From the NCBI GenBank assembly GCA_963765675.1, contig CAVXXK010000001.1, positions 1,536,001 to 1,600,000 of the forward strand: a DNA stretch of 64,000 nt, read 5' to 3'. Of the stretch, positions 1-9,294 are shown piece after piece. Position 1 is the first letter of the stretch. Every line of letters starts with the position of its first letter. The translations under genes were made by a program, and so were the position numbers. This DNA is from an uncultured delta proteobacterium (GTDB lineage Bacteria; Desulfobacterota; Binatia; Binatales; Binataceae). The notes beneath the pieces were generated by a model. It ran no database searches. It had not been told where the DNA came from and saw only the letters and a program-made list of their open reading frames with translations.

Positions 1-1479
1 GCTCTGCTCGAATGCGTACGCCATTTCGAGCAGCGTCGCATCCTCGAAGTGGCGCCCGATGAGCATCATCCCGACCGGCAGCCCCTTGGACATCGCGCAC
101 GGCACGCTTAATCCGGGATGGCCCGTCAGATCGAACGGCGCGGTATTGGTGATCATCGAATAAGGTGTGGCATCGTCCTGTCGGCGCGCTTTCATCGGCG
201 TCGAGGGCATCACCAACGCGTCGAACTTCGCGAGCGCCGCGTCGTAAGCGGCGGTCAGCGCGCGCCGCGCATTCTGCGCTCGCGAGTAGAGATTTCCGTG
301 GAAGCGCCGCGCCGTGAACTCGCCCAGCAGCGCCATGAACTTCACCGACGACGCCTCGAGGTTCGCGCGCTCGCCCCAGTGAGTGCCGAAAAACTCCGCG
401 AGCGAGGCGTTGTATGATCCGGTGTGATGCGCGCCGACGAGCCCGGTGCGCATAAGCTGCGTCATTCCTTCCGGTATGATCGCAAAGAGCAGGTCGCCGG
501 CGTCGACATGCTCGGGAACTGAAACCTCTTCGACCTTCGCGCCGAGCTTTTCCAGTTGCGCCGCCGCGGCGCGCACCGCGTGGTTAACGTCGTCCTCCGC
601 ACCGGGTTGAGCAAAACCCTCGCGCAGGAGACCCAGCCGCTTGCCCTTCACGCCACGGTCGAGACTCGCGGTGTATTGAGGAACCGGGAAGTCGCGCAGT
701 TGGCGATGATCGAGCGGGTCTCTGCCCGCGATCACTTCGAGCATCAGCGCTACGTCTTTGACCGTGCGCGCCATTGGACCGACATGATCGACCGACGGGT
801 CAATGCTCATCACCCCGGTATACGGAACCAGGCCGTAGGTCGGCATGAGGCCCACGACACCGCACCACGAAGAAGGAATTCGAATCGAGCCGCCCTGGTC
901 GGTGCCGATCGTGATGTCGATCCAGTCGTAATAGAGCGCCGCGCCCGAGCCGCTCGAAGAGCCGCCCGAGCAGTGCGCGGGATTGTGCGGATTATGCGTC
1001 GGTCCGTAAGCGCTGGTGAGGCCGTCGCCTGAAAGCGCGAAGTCGTCCATGTTGAGGGTCGCGACGATCTCCGCACCCGCGTCGAGCATTCGGGTCACGA
1101 TCGTCGCGTCGCTGTCGGCGACATAACCTTGCAGCACGTGCGAGCCGCCGCTTACGGGAATGCCGGCGACGCATACGCTGTCCTTCAGCCCGATTCTCTT
1201 GCCCGCAAGCTTTCCAGACGTTGCGCCAGCGATATGGCATCTCCGGACGACGGCATTCAGCGGATCGCCGACGCGATCGACACGAACACCCGGATCGCGT
1301 TTCGGATATCGCGCCACCGACGATTGCGGCTCCGGCGCGATCGCCATGATTCGCTCGAAGCCGCGCATCTGCGCGGCGATCGCGCCGCCCAGCGAGCGCA
1401 CTTCCGCGGGCGTGAGATCGATCTGATTAGCTCGCGCGAGTTCGCGCAGTTCATCGTCAGTCGGCGGTTTGATTGCCAT
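1..1479 (-). CDS. Amidase signature family protein (3' end runs off the window)
   Basis: Not in the ORF track. Manual translation from ATG 1479: MAIKPPTDDELRELA...GLKDSVCVAG...GGSSSGSGAA...GTDQGGSIRIPSSWCG...PFDLTGHPGLSVP; the frame is open to base 1. Confidence 0.92.
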   Translation of the reverse strand, partial: MAIKPPTDDELRELARANQIDLTPAEVRSLGGAIAAQMRGFERIMAIAPEPQSSVARYPKRDPGVRVDRVGDPLNAVVRRCHIAGATSGKLAGKRIGLKDSVCVAGIPVSGGSHVLQGYVADSDATIVTRMLDAGAEIVATLNMDDFALSGDGLTSAYGPTHNPHNPAHCSGGSSSGSGAALYYDWIDITIGTDQGGSIRIPSSWCGVVGLMPTYGLVPYTGVMSIDPSVDHVGPMARTVKDVALMLEVIAGRDPLDHRQLRDFPVPQYTASLDRGVKGKRLGLLREGFAQPGAEDDVNHAVRAAAAQLEKLGAKVEEVSVPEHVDAGDLLFAIIPEGMTQLMRTGLVGAHHTGSYNASLAEFFGTHWGERANLEASSVKFMALLGEFTARRFHGNLYSRAQNARRALTAAYDAALAKFDALVMPSTPMKARRQDDATPYSMITNTAPFDLTGHPGLSVPCAMSKGLPVGMMLIGRHFEDATLLEMAYAFEQS

Positions 1480-1505
1480 ATGAGTCACGAGGCCTCGCGT
1501 ATGTT

Positions 1506-2519
1506 CTACAAAAAATACGGCATCAAATGCACGTGGACGTCGCGGATCAGTTGCTCGGCCCCAATTCCCGGAACCTCGAAGAACACCGGGGAATCGAGTC
1601 CCGCGTCGACCAGTTTGGACAGGATCTCGCGGCATCGCGCAGGGCTGCCCGCGATCGTGAACGTATCGATCATCCAGTCGGTGACCATCGCGATCGGCAT
1701 CTCGCCGCGCGCAAGGCTCGCGCCGAACGCGCGGATCGTTTCGGGCTTGAGTCCCGCGGTGGCAAGGATAGGGACTTCCGGCTGCGGCGCCATCAGCGCT
1801 ACCAGCATCGCGATGAGTGGCTTCACGCGATCGCGCGCTTCCTGCTCGTTTTCCGAAATTGAAAGAATCTGGTAGCCGCCGACACGGAAATCCGCGCGCT
1901 TGCGGCCGGATTTGTCCAGTCCGCGGCGGATATGCTCGGTCGCGAAGTCAAGGTACGCGGGTGAGGTCATCACGCTCAGCAGCACGCCGTCGGCAGTTTC
2001 GCCCGCGAGTTCCAGATTCTTTGGGCCGAGCACTCCCAGATGGATTGGAATCTCGCTGCGATGCGGTGCGAAATTGAATTTGACGCCGTCAGTATTGAAC
2101 ACGCGTCCGTGGTGCGACACCGTCTCGCGCCGGAACATCGCGCGCACGATATCGATCGTCTCGCGCATCGCGGTCATCGGCCGCGTGTACGCGACGTGCA
2201 AACGGCCTTCCATCCAGTCCTTCACGCCCGCGCCAATCCCGAGAATCGCACGACCGTTCGAGATTTCATCGAGCGCGCCAAACTCCATAGCGATCATCGC
2301 CGGATGCCGCGTGTACGGATTCAGCACCCCGATCCCGATCTTGATTCGCGAGGTCGCCGCCGCAGCCGCTGCTGCCAGGCTGAACGCGCCGCGGAAGAAA
2401 TAATCCTCCGGCACCCACCAGGTGCCGAAGCCCAGCTCCTCGGCGAGCTTTGCGCTGCGAACGAATTCCCGCGCGTGCAGATTCTCGAATCCGACGCCGA
2501 ACTCTTTTACTTTGGTCAT
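1506..2519 (-). CDS. LLM-class (luciferase-like) flavin/F420-dependent oxidoreductase
   Basis: AEELGFGTWWVPED, TSRIKIGIGVLNPYTRHP, LDEISNGRAILGIGAG, GPKNLELAGETADG. Confidence 0.9.
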   Translation of the reverse strand: MTKVKEFGVGFENLHAREFVRSAKLAEELGFGTWWVPEDYFFRGAFSLAAAAAAATSRIKIGIGVLNPYTRHPAMIAMEFGALDEISNGRAILGIGAGVKDWMEGRLHVAYTRPMTAMRETIDIVRAMFRRETVSHHGRVFNTDGVKFNFAPHRSEIPIHLGVLGPKNLELAGETADGVLLSVMTSPAYLDFATEHIRRGLDKSGRKRADFRVGGYQILSISENEQEARDRVKPLIAMLVALMAPQPEVPILATAGLKPETIRAFGASLARGEMPIAMVTDWMIDTFTIAGSPARCREILSKLVDAGLDSPVFFEVPGIGAEQLIRDVHVHLMPYFL

Positions 2520-2528
2520 CGCGCTACC

Positions 2529-3026
2529 TCAGTCGCCGAACGCCGGACGCGGCTCGCCTGCCGGTGCGTGCGGTGAGTAGTGGCAATGCCACATTTTCCG
2601 TTTCTTCGCACCGGTTTCATCCTGCCGCACGTACACTTCGCTGCCACGAAAATGCATCGACATCGGCTCTGTCGGCAGGTGTTGTCCCGACTCGGTGGGC
2701 TTCGCGTTCTCGAGCGCCTTCGCGATCAGGTCGGCCTCGAACGAGACCCACGCCATGTCGCCGCGGATATTGACCCGCAAATCCTTTTCGTTGCGCACGT
2801 CGCCGATCACCATCACATTCTTAAGAAAGGTCCAGAGTTGAACCCACTCATCGCGCTTGCCGTAGGTATGCCCGTTGAGATTGAAACCGTGAAAACCATC
2901 TCCGCCGACGAATACTCCGACCGCGTCCGGAATATTGAAGTTGACGTTCGCGCGCATCCATTGATTGTGCAGCCGTACTATTTCCTTGCGGTCGGCTTCA
3001 GTGCCTTCGAAACCTGGAATTGCCAC
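2529..3026 (-). CDS. NTF2/SnoaL-like fold protein
   Basis: 165 aa; GDMAWV strand and C-terminal KMWHCHYS pattern typical of SnoaL-like proteins; lies inside the operon. Confidence 0.65.
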   Translation of the reverse strand: MAIPGFEGTEADRKEIVRLHNQWMRANVNFNIPDAVGVFVGGDGFHGFNLNGHTYGKRDEWVQLWTFLKNVMVIGDVRNEKDLRVNIRGDMAWVSFEADLIAKALENAKPTESGQHLPTEPMSMHFRGSEVYVRQDETGAKKRKMWHCHYSPHAPAGEPRPAFGD

Positions 3027-3062
3027 GACATGTCCTCCGTACCCGCATCGCGGGTTTAAATG

Positions 3063-5450
3063 TCATTTCGAGCTCCGCGTTTTCGCGATCATCGCCACCA
3101 CTCGCTCCGGCGTGAGCGGAATCTCGTTGACGCGGGCGCTGAACGGCGCCAGCGCGTCCGCCACCGCGTTGGCAATCGCGCCCGGCGGCGCGATCGCTCC
3201 GCCTTCACCCATCCCCTTTATGCCGCCCAGCGTATATGGAGACGGCGATTCGAGATGCGCAATCTCGACGCGCGGAACGTCAGTCGCTGTCGGCGCCAGG
3301 TAGTCCATCAAGGTGCCGGTGAGAATCTGGCCGTCGCTGTCATACACGATCTGCTCGAGCATCGCGCTGCCAATTCCCTGCGCTACGCCGCCTTGGATCT
3401 GTCCGTCAACTACCATCGGATTGATCATCGTCCCGCAATCTTCGACCACGATGTACCGATCCAGCCGCACCTGTCCGGTGCCGGTATCAACCTCGACGGT
3501 GGCGATATGGGTCGAGTTCGCATGCGTCATCAGCGGAGGTTCATAAGTCTCCGCAACTTCGAGGCCCGGCTGCTCGCCGGCAAAGTTTCCGGTCGGTGGA
3601 AGATAGGCCAGGCGCGCGACCTCGGCGAGAGGCATGACAATCTCGCCGCGGGACTTGCGCACTACGGCGCCATCGCGCAGTTCCAGATGGTCGGTAGGAA
3701 TCTCGGTTGCGCGCGACGCGATACGCAAAATCTTTTCGCGCATCACCGCTGAAGCTTTCATCGTCGCGCCTCCTCCGACCACCGCACTGCGGCTGCCGCC
3801 GGTGCCCCATCCGTAGGGAATCTTCGCGGTATCGCCGAACTCGATTCGCACGTCGTCGAGCGGAACTCCCAGTTCGTCCGCCGCGATCTGCGCGAAGGTT
3901 GTCTGATGGCTCTGGCCGTGCGAATGCGTCCCCACCAGCACGGTAACCTTGCCCGCGCGATCGACGCGCACGGTCGCGGTCTCGTAACCGCCCATCCGCA
4001 TGCCGAGCATCATCCATCCCGCCGTGCTGGGCGCGGTGGTTTCGATGTACGACGCGATTCCCACGCCGATATATCTCCCGCGGGTGCGTAGCTCTGCCTG
4101 CCGTGCGCGAAATTTTTCGTAGCCGAGCATCTCGAGTGCCTTGGCCAGCGCCTCGCGATGGCTGCCGCTTTCGATCTGGAAGCCGACGACGTTGGTATAA
4201 GGATGATCTTCGAGGCGGATCATGTTGCGCATCCGCAGTTCCGCCGGATCGATCGCCATGCGTTGCGCGGCGATGTCGATCAGCCTTTCCATCACGAACA
4301 CCGCGATCGGCATCCCGACTCCGCGATACGCGCCGACGGTCGCCTTGTTGGTCGCGATTGAGATCGCCTCGAACTGGTAGGCTGGAATCTTGTAAGGACC
4401 GGGCATCGCGGCCGCCGCGACTCCGGCTTCGAGCCCGGAGCTGAACGGGAACTCGGTGTACGCGCCGATATCGCTGAGGCATCGCGCGCGCAGGCCGAGA
4501 ATCATCCCGTCGCAGTCGAGCGCGAGGCTGGCGGTTACGATCTGATGCTTGGCGTGCAACGACGCGATTAGATTTTCGCGCCGGTCCTCGATCCACTTGA
4601 CCGGCCGGCCGATGATACGCGCCGCGTGCGCGGTGACGATCTCTTCAGGGAACACGTGAGCCTTGAGGCCGAAGCCTCCGCCGACGTCGGGCGCGATCAC
4701 ACGGACGCGATTTTCCGCCGCGCCGAGAATCGCCGCCAGGTTGGTGCGCAGGATATGCGGGATCTGCGTCGACGACCACATCGTCAGCGAATCCGCCGCT
4801 GAGTCATATGAGGCGAGGCATCCGCGCGGCTCGATCGGCAGCGCCGCATGCCGCCCGGTCAGGAACCGCTCCGAGATCACGACGTCAGCCGAATCGAACG
4901 CGCGCGCCACCGGTCCAAACTCCGCGCCCGCGGATTGCAGGATATTGTCGCCCCATTCCTGATGCACCAGCGGAGCGCCGGATTCGAGCGCGCGCTCCAT
5001 GTCGGCGACGGCCTCGAGCGGATCGTAATCGACCTCGACCAGTTCGGCCGCGTCTTCGGCCAAGTAGCGATCCTCGGCGATGATCGCCGCAACCGCCTCG
5101 CCGACAAAGCGGACTTTTTCATGCGTGAGGACCGGCCACTCGACCAGCTTATGCGGAGGCGACGGCATCGCAGGATCCCATTCGAGCCGCAGCGCGCGCG
5201 AAACCTCCGGCAGGTCTTCGTAAGTGAGAACTGCGAGCACGCCCGGACTCTCCCGCGCCGCCGTCGCGTCGATTTTGATTATGCTCGCGTGCGCGTATGG
5301 GCTGCGCACGAACGCGATTGAGACGGTTCCCGGCAGGCGCACATCATCGACGAATTGCGATTTTCCCAGCAGGACGCGCGCGTCCTCAACCCGGCGCACA
5401 CGCGCCCCCACCAGCTTGCCCGTTCCGGCCGGTGTCTGCACCGTTGCCAT
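3063..5450 (-). CDS. Xanthine dehydrogenase/CoxL-like molybdopterin-binding large subunit
   Basis: RSPYAHA, DVGGGFGLK, AYRGVG, GQSHQTTFAQI, GSRS, GQIQGGVAQGIG, KGMGEGG. Confidence 0.95.
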   Translation of the reverse strand: MATVQTPAGTGKLVGARVRRVEDARVLLGKSQFVDDVRLPGTVSIAFVRSPYAHASIIKIDATAARESPGVLAVLTYEDLPEVSRALRLEWDPAMPSPPHKLVEWPVLTHEKVRFVGEAVAAIIAEDRYLAEDAAELVEVDYDPLEAVADMERALESGAPLVHQEWGDNILQSAGAEFGPVARAFDSADVVISERFLTGRHAALPIEPRGCLASYDSAADSLTMWSSTQIPHILRTNLAAILGAAENRVRVIAPDVGGGFGLKAHVFPEEIVTAHAARIIGRPVKWIEDRRENLIASLHAKHQIVTASLALDCDGMILGLRARCLSDIGAYTEFPFSSGLEAGVAAAAMPGPYKIPAYQFEAISIATNKATVGAYRGVGMPIAVFVMERLIDIAAQRMAIDPAELRMRNMIRLEDHPYTNVVGFQIESGSHREALAKALEMLGYEKFRARQAELRTRGRYIGVGIASYIETTAPSTAGWMMLGMRMGGYETATVRVDRAGKVTVLVGTHSHGQSHQTTFAQIAADELGVPLDDVRIEFGDTAKIPYGWGTGGSRSAVVGGGATMKASAVMREKILRIASRATEIPTDHLELRDGAVVRKSRGEIVMPLAEVARLAYLPPTGNFAGEQPGLEVAETYEPPLMTHANSTHIATVEVDTGTGQVRLDRYIVVEDCGTMINPMVVDGQIQGGVAQGIGSAMLEQIVYDSDGQILTGTLMDYLAPTATDVPRVEIAHLESPSPYTLGGIKGMGEGGAIAPPGAIANAVADALAPFSARVNEIPLTPERVVAMIAKTRSSK

Positions 5451-5942
5451 CTATTTGGCTCCGCGCGTCGCGGCGGCGCGCCTGATCGCGGCAACGATAT
5501 TCGCGTACCCGGTGCATCGGCACAGGTTTCCCGAGATCGCCTCGCGCACCTGCTGCTCGTCGAGATTCGGTTCGTCCTTGAGCAACTCGCGCGCGGTCAT
5601 GAGGAAGCCCGAAGTGCAGAAGCCGCACTGCAGCGCATGCTCCTCTCGAAACGCTTCCTGCAGCGGACTCAGGTTGCCGTCGCACGCGAGGCCCTCAATC
5701 GTTTCAAGCGCGCAGCCTTCCGCCTGAACCGCAAGCATCAGGCATGACCGCACGCTCTGGCCGTCGAGCATCACGGTGCAAGCGCCGCATACGCCGTGCT
5801 CGCATCCAAGATGAGTTCCGGTGAGCCCCAAATCCTCCCGGATGAAATCGGCCAGTAGCGTGCGCACGCCGACTTCTCGCTCGACCTCGACGCCATTGAT
5901 GACGATGCGGATCGTGCGCCGCTCAGTGAAGGATTCAGGCAT
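5451..5942 (-). CDS. CoxS-like 2x[2Fe-2S] subunit
   Basis: GCEHGVCGACTV, QCGFCTSG, GNLCRCTGY; ATG 5942 follows GAGG. Confidence 0.95.
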   Translation of the reverse strand: MPESFTERRTIRIVINGVEVEREVGVRTLLADFIREDLGLTGTHLGCEHGVCGACTVMLDGQSVRSCLMLAVQAEGCALETIEGLACDGNLSPLQEAFREEHALQCGFCTSGFLMTARELLKDEPNLDEQQVREAISGNLCRCTGYANIVAAIRRAAATRGAK

Positions 5943-6819
5943 CGATCGCCTCTTCAACTTGCGCAGGACCGTAGCATTGCCGAAGCGCCCGCTCGGTCAG
6001 CACGCGAACCAGATGACGGCGAAATTCGGCGCTCGCGTGTAGATCTGAGGAGGGATCGGCCTCGGTTGCGGCCATTTCGGCGGCCTCGTCGATGGCGCGA
6101 TTCGCGTCGCTGGTCGATTTAAGCGCCACGCCGGCGCTCGCGGCGACAACCGGAGTAGGGTTCGCGCCACCGATGCTGATTTCTGCGGAGACGCAACGAT
6201 TGCGCGAATCAAAGCCAATCGCGCAGGCGACGGCGACAATCGCGAAATCGCCGCGGCGGCGGCAGACCTCTGCGAACCCGAATCGGGTTGTGGGCGGCGC
6301 AATCGGGAAACGAATTTCCGTCAGGATTTCGTCGGGCTCGATCGCGGAAGTCATAGGACCGGAAAAAAATTCGCGCGCACCGATCGTCCGCGCTCCACGC
6401 ATCGAACGCGCGACGAGTTTCGCGTCGAGCAGAATCGCGAGCAGCGGCCATTCTGCGGCGGGATCGGCGTGGACGAGCGAGCCGCCGATCGTTCCGCGGT
6501 TGCGAATTGCGAGATGCCCGATCTCCGCCGCCGCCCGCGCGAGTATCGGAAGCGCCGCGCGGATTGCTGGCGAGGTCTCGAGCGTGCGATGGCGCGTCAG
6601 CGCACCGATTCTTGTTTCGCCGCGTTCGATCGTGATGAAAGAGAGTTCCGCGATTCGGTTGATATCGATGAGCGCAGAGGGCGTAGTCACGCGCAGGTTC
6701 AGCATCGGCATCAGGCTCTGTCCGCCCGCCAGGAGCTTCGCGCCCGGCTCCTCGGCGAGCATCCGCATCGCTTCGTCGAGCGTCTGTGGACACGCGTATG
6801 TAAAGCGTGGAGGTTTCAG
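5935..6819 (-). CDS. CoxM-like FAD-binding subunit (probable CTG start)
   Basis: AGGQSLMPMLN, RNRGTIGGSLVHADPAAE, RRRGDFA; the conserved N-terminus KPPRFTYACPQTLDEA follows CTG at 6819, which has GGAG 7 nt upstream. Confidence 0.92.
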   Translation of the reverse strand: MKPPRFTYACPQTLDEAMRMLAEEPGAKLLAGGQSLMPMLNLRVTTPSALIDINRIAELSFITIERGETRIGALTRHRTLETSPAIRAALPILARAAAEIGHLAIRNRGTIGGSLVHADPAAEWPLLAILLDAKLVARSMRGARTIGAREFFSGPMTSAIEPDEILTEIRFPIAPPTTRFGFAEVCRRRGDFAIVAVACAIGFDSRNRCVSAEISIGGANPTPVVAASAGVALKSTSDANRAIDEAAEMAATEADPSSDLHASAEFRRHLVRVLTERALRQCYGPAQVEEAIDA

Positions 6820-6988
6820 CGAGATTCTCCGAACCAGAGCGTCAAATAAAATTAATTACCGACATACTGTCAATAGCGACAGCGGCGCTGACAGGAATAT
6901 AGTCCATCCTGGGCGCTTGGCGCGATGCGCCGAATCGCGGTAGATTCGCGACGAATTTCTAAGACGCCACCGCCGGAGGTTGGATGCG

Positions 6989-7840
6989 ATGAATTCCTGG
7001 AATATCGGAGACGTGAAGATAAGCCGCATTATCGAGAGCGAGTCGCCGTGGCCGGGCACTTTTGTGCTGCCCAACGCCACGCCCGAGAACATGCTCAAGT
7101 ATGCCGATTGGCTGCAACCGCATTTCATGGACGCCAAGGGCAAGCTCATCATGAGCATTCACGCGTTGGTGATCGAATCCAAAGGCAAACGGATCGTGGT
7201 CGATACCTGCATCGGCAACGACAAGGTTCGTTCCAATCCGGTATGGAGCAAGCTCAAGCTTCCGTTTCTGGACAACCTGGCGAAAGTGGGATGCACGCGC
7301 GAGAACGTTGACAACGTAGTCTGCACGCATCTGCATGTCGATCACGTCGGATGGAACACCACGCTCGAGAACGGCAAGTGGGTGCCGACCTTCGCCAAGG
7401 CGAAGTACATCATCGGCGGCACCGAGTGGGATTTCTGGTCGCATTTTGACGGCGCCGACATGCGCGACCCGGTCGAGGATTCGGTGCGTCCGATCGTCGA
7501 TTCCGGACACGCGCAACTGGTCGATTCGAACCACAAGATCACTGACGAGGTCTGGCTCGAACCCTCGCCCGGCCATACTCCCGGTCATCACAGCGTGCGG
7601 ATTTCATCCAAGGGGCATGAGGCGGTGATCACCGGCGACCTGATGCATCATCCGATTCAATGCATGTTCCCGGAATGGGACGACTCGTTTGATTCCGACG
7701 GCGCGCTGGCCAAGAAAACGCGCCGCGCGTTTTGCGAGCGCTACGCCGATACGGGAGTGCTCGTGTTCGGCACGCATTTCGGCACCCCGTCGGCCGGCAA
7801 GATCACCAAGTCGGGCGACTCATTCAGATTTGGAGTATGA
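6989..7840 (+). CDS. Metallo-beta-lactamase-fold hydrolase
   Basis: THLHVDHVGWN, PGHTPGH, TGDLMH, GTHF; GGAGG upstream of the start. Confidence 0.92.
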   Translation: MNSWNIGDVKISRIIESESPWPGTFVLPNATPENMLKYADWLQPHFMDAKGKLIMSIHALVIESKGKRIVVDTCIGNDKVRSNPVWSKLKLPFLDNLAKVGCTRENVDNVVCTHLHVDHVGWNTTLENGKWVPTFAKAKYIIGGTEWDFWSHFDGADMRDPVEDSVRPIVDSGHAQLVDSNHKITDEVWLEPSPGHTPGHHSVRISSKGHEAVITGDLMHHPIQCMFPEWDDSFDSDGALAKKTRRAFCERYADTGVLVFGTHFGTPSAGKITKSGDSFRFGV

Positions 7841-7849
7841 TCCAGGCGC

Positions 7850-7880
7850 GCGGCGGCGTGCGTACGACGCGCGCCGCCGC
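7850..7880. terminator. GC-rich hairpin between convergent genes
   Basis: GCGGCGGCGTGCGT-ACG-ACGCGCGCCGCCGC, 14-bp stem with one G-U pair; no clear U-tract. Confidence 0.5.
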
Positions 7881-7884
7881 ACAC

Positions 7885-8664
7885 TCACCGAATTTCTTCT
7901 GAGAAGCGCAGAGTTCCCTTCTTCAAACCTTCGAGGACAACTTCAACGCCCCCGCTGCGCATCATCCATTCGAGGCGATGGTCTCGGTACTGGCGCTTGA
8001 AAGCGCCCGATTCGAGCATCGCCGGGAGCGCGTCCATCGAGCCGGCGAATTGTTCGGCCGCCGCGACGGTTTTCTGCACACTCGGCCGCCGCTCGATTCG
8101 TTCGAGCGTTTTCGCGAGCGGCGAGCCCGCTTTCGGCGGTATTCCCCACACCGCGGAGCCGTGCAGGTAAGGATAAACGGACAGGTCGGCGCGGCCGAAC
8201 GATGCGCCGTTGAACCATTCGTGCGCACCGAGCTCGCGCTGCAGCCACGCGTGGATTCCCGCGGTCTGCTCGGTCGCGCGCGCTTCGAGCTTTGCCGCCG
8301 CCGCGCCGGTCACGCGCCGCCACGCGCGCACTTCCATCAGGCCCCAGTTGATCGCTTCGTAATAGGTGTCGCAAATCTCCTCGATCATTCTGATGCGAGC
8401 GCGCTCACGCGGCGCGGGCGGCATCAGGGGAGGCTGCGGCCATTTCTCGTCGATATAATCTAGGATTATCGTCGAGTCGAAAATCGCGAGTCCCTCGTCG
8501 ACCAGCGCCGGAACTTCCAGGCGCGGATTAGTCTCGCCGAATTTGGTTGGAGCGCCGCTGAACGCGTCGGGAATCTCGGTCTCGAACTCGAGGTTCTTTT
8601 CGTGCAGCGCGATTTTTACCTTCTGCACGTATGGGGAAAACGGATGCTCGTAGAGTTTAATCAT
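7885..8664 (-). CDS. Glutathione S-transferase family protein
   Basis: MIKLYEHPFSPYVQKVKIAL, NPRLEVPALVD, FDSTIILDYIDE; AAAGGAG upstream of ATG 8664 (the 411-aa ORF-track call is over-extended). Confidence 0.9.
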   Translation of the reverse strand: MIKLYEHPFSPYVQKVKIALHEKNLEFETEIPDAFSGAPTKFGETNPRLEVPALVDEGLAIFDSTIILDYIDEKWPQPPLMPPAPRERARIRMIEEICDTYYEAINWGLMEVRAWRRVTGAAAAKLEARATEQTAGIHAWLQRELGAHEWFNGASFGRADLSVYPYLHGSAVWGIPPKAGSPLAKTLERIERRPSVQKTVAAAEQFAGSMDALPAMLESGAFKRQYRDHRLEWMMRSGGVEVVLEGLKKGTLRFSEEIR

Positions 8665-8724
8665 GGACAGGACTCCTTTGATGGCGAGTGTTCTACCCGC
8701 GCGCGGTCTGCTAGCGTATTTCAA

Positions 8725-9243
8725 ATGAGCGGCCAAATGCACGTTTACCGGCGCGGTTTGATTGGTCTCATGGCGGCGATCGTGACGCTTGCGATCCCGT
8801 TCGCCGCACCCGTAGTCGCCGGCGATATCGGCAGCGTCATCAACAACCCTCCCGCCGCTCCGACCAACATTCACATCATCCACGTCAAGGATCTGGCCAA
8901 TCTGATCGCCGATCCGAATGCGCACGTGCGTATCTATGATGCCAACGTTCCGAGCGTCCGCAAAAGCGAGGGGATGATCCCCGGGGCCCGGCCGCTCACC
9001 TCGTCGGATCATTACGACGTCGCCGACGAGCTTCCCAGCAATCACAACGCCAAGCTGGTTTTCTACTGTCATAATCTGCAATGAACGGCGTCGGATGACG
9101 CCGCCCGGCGGGCGGCGCAAGCTGGTTACACGGACCTCAGCGAGATGAAGGACGGAATCTCAGGTTGGCGCGCGGCGGGGGAGCCGGTCCAGATGCCCAA
9201 CGGCAATATCGTGCGCGTGGCGACACCTCCGTCGGGTTCCTAA
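8725..9243 (+). CDS. Exported rhodanese-domain protein with in-frame TGA at 9082-9084 (probable selenocysteine)
   Basis: Signal-like N-terminus; YDAN...GMIPGA...LVFYCHNLQ*TASDDAARRAAQAGYTDLSEMKDGISGWRAAG: the rhodanese C-terminal signature continues in frame after TGA to TAA 9241-9243. Confidence 0.82.
9096..9119 (+). promoter_or_regulatory. Candidate bacterial SECIS hairpin
   Basis: CGCCGCCC-GGC-GGGCGGCG stem-loop (9099-9117); the G-first apical loop begins 22 nt after the TGA. Confidence 0.6.
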
Positions 9244-9294
9244 GCTCCGCGCCGTATAATTTTTCCCCCGCCTGCGATCGCATATAGTTGCGCG

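Noticed and set aside
3063-6819. Aerobic CO dehydrogenase (coxMSL)
   Set aside because: The active-site loop is AYRGVG, not AYxCSFR, and no coxDEFG accessory genes are adjacent
9082-9084. Pseudogene nonsense mutation or genome-wide UGA=Trp/Gly recoding
   Set aside because: TGA is used as a normal stop in many genes here. Its position in the active-site loop plus the downstream hairpin favours Sec, although a nonsense mutation is not formally excluded
7885-9120. 411-aa ORF as a GST fusion
   Set aside because: The N-terminal extension is antisense to the rhodanese gene; the real RBS and ATG are at 8664
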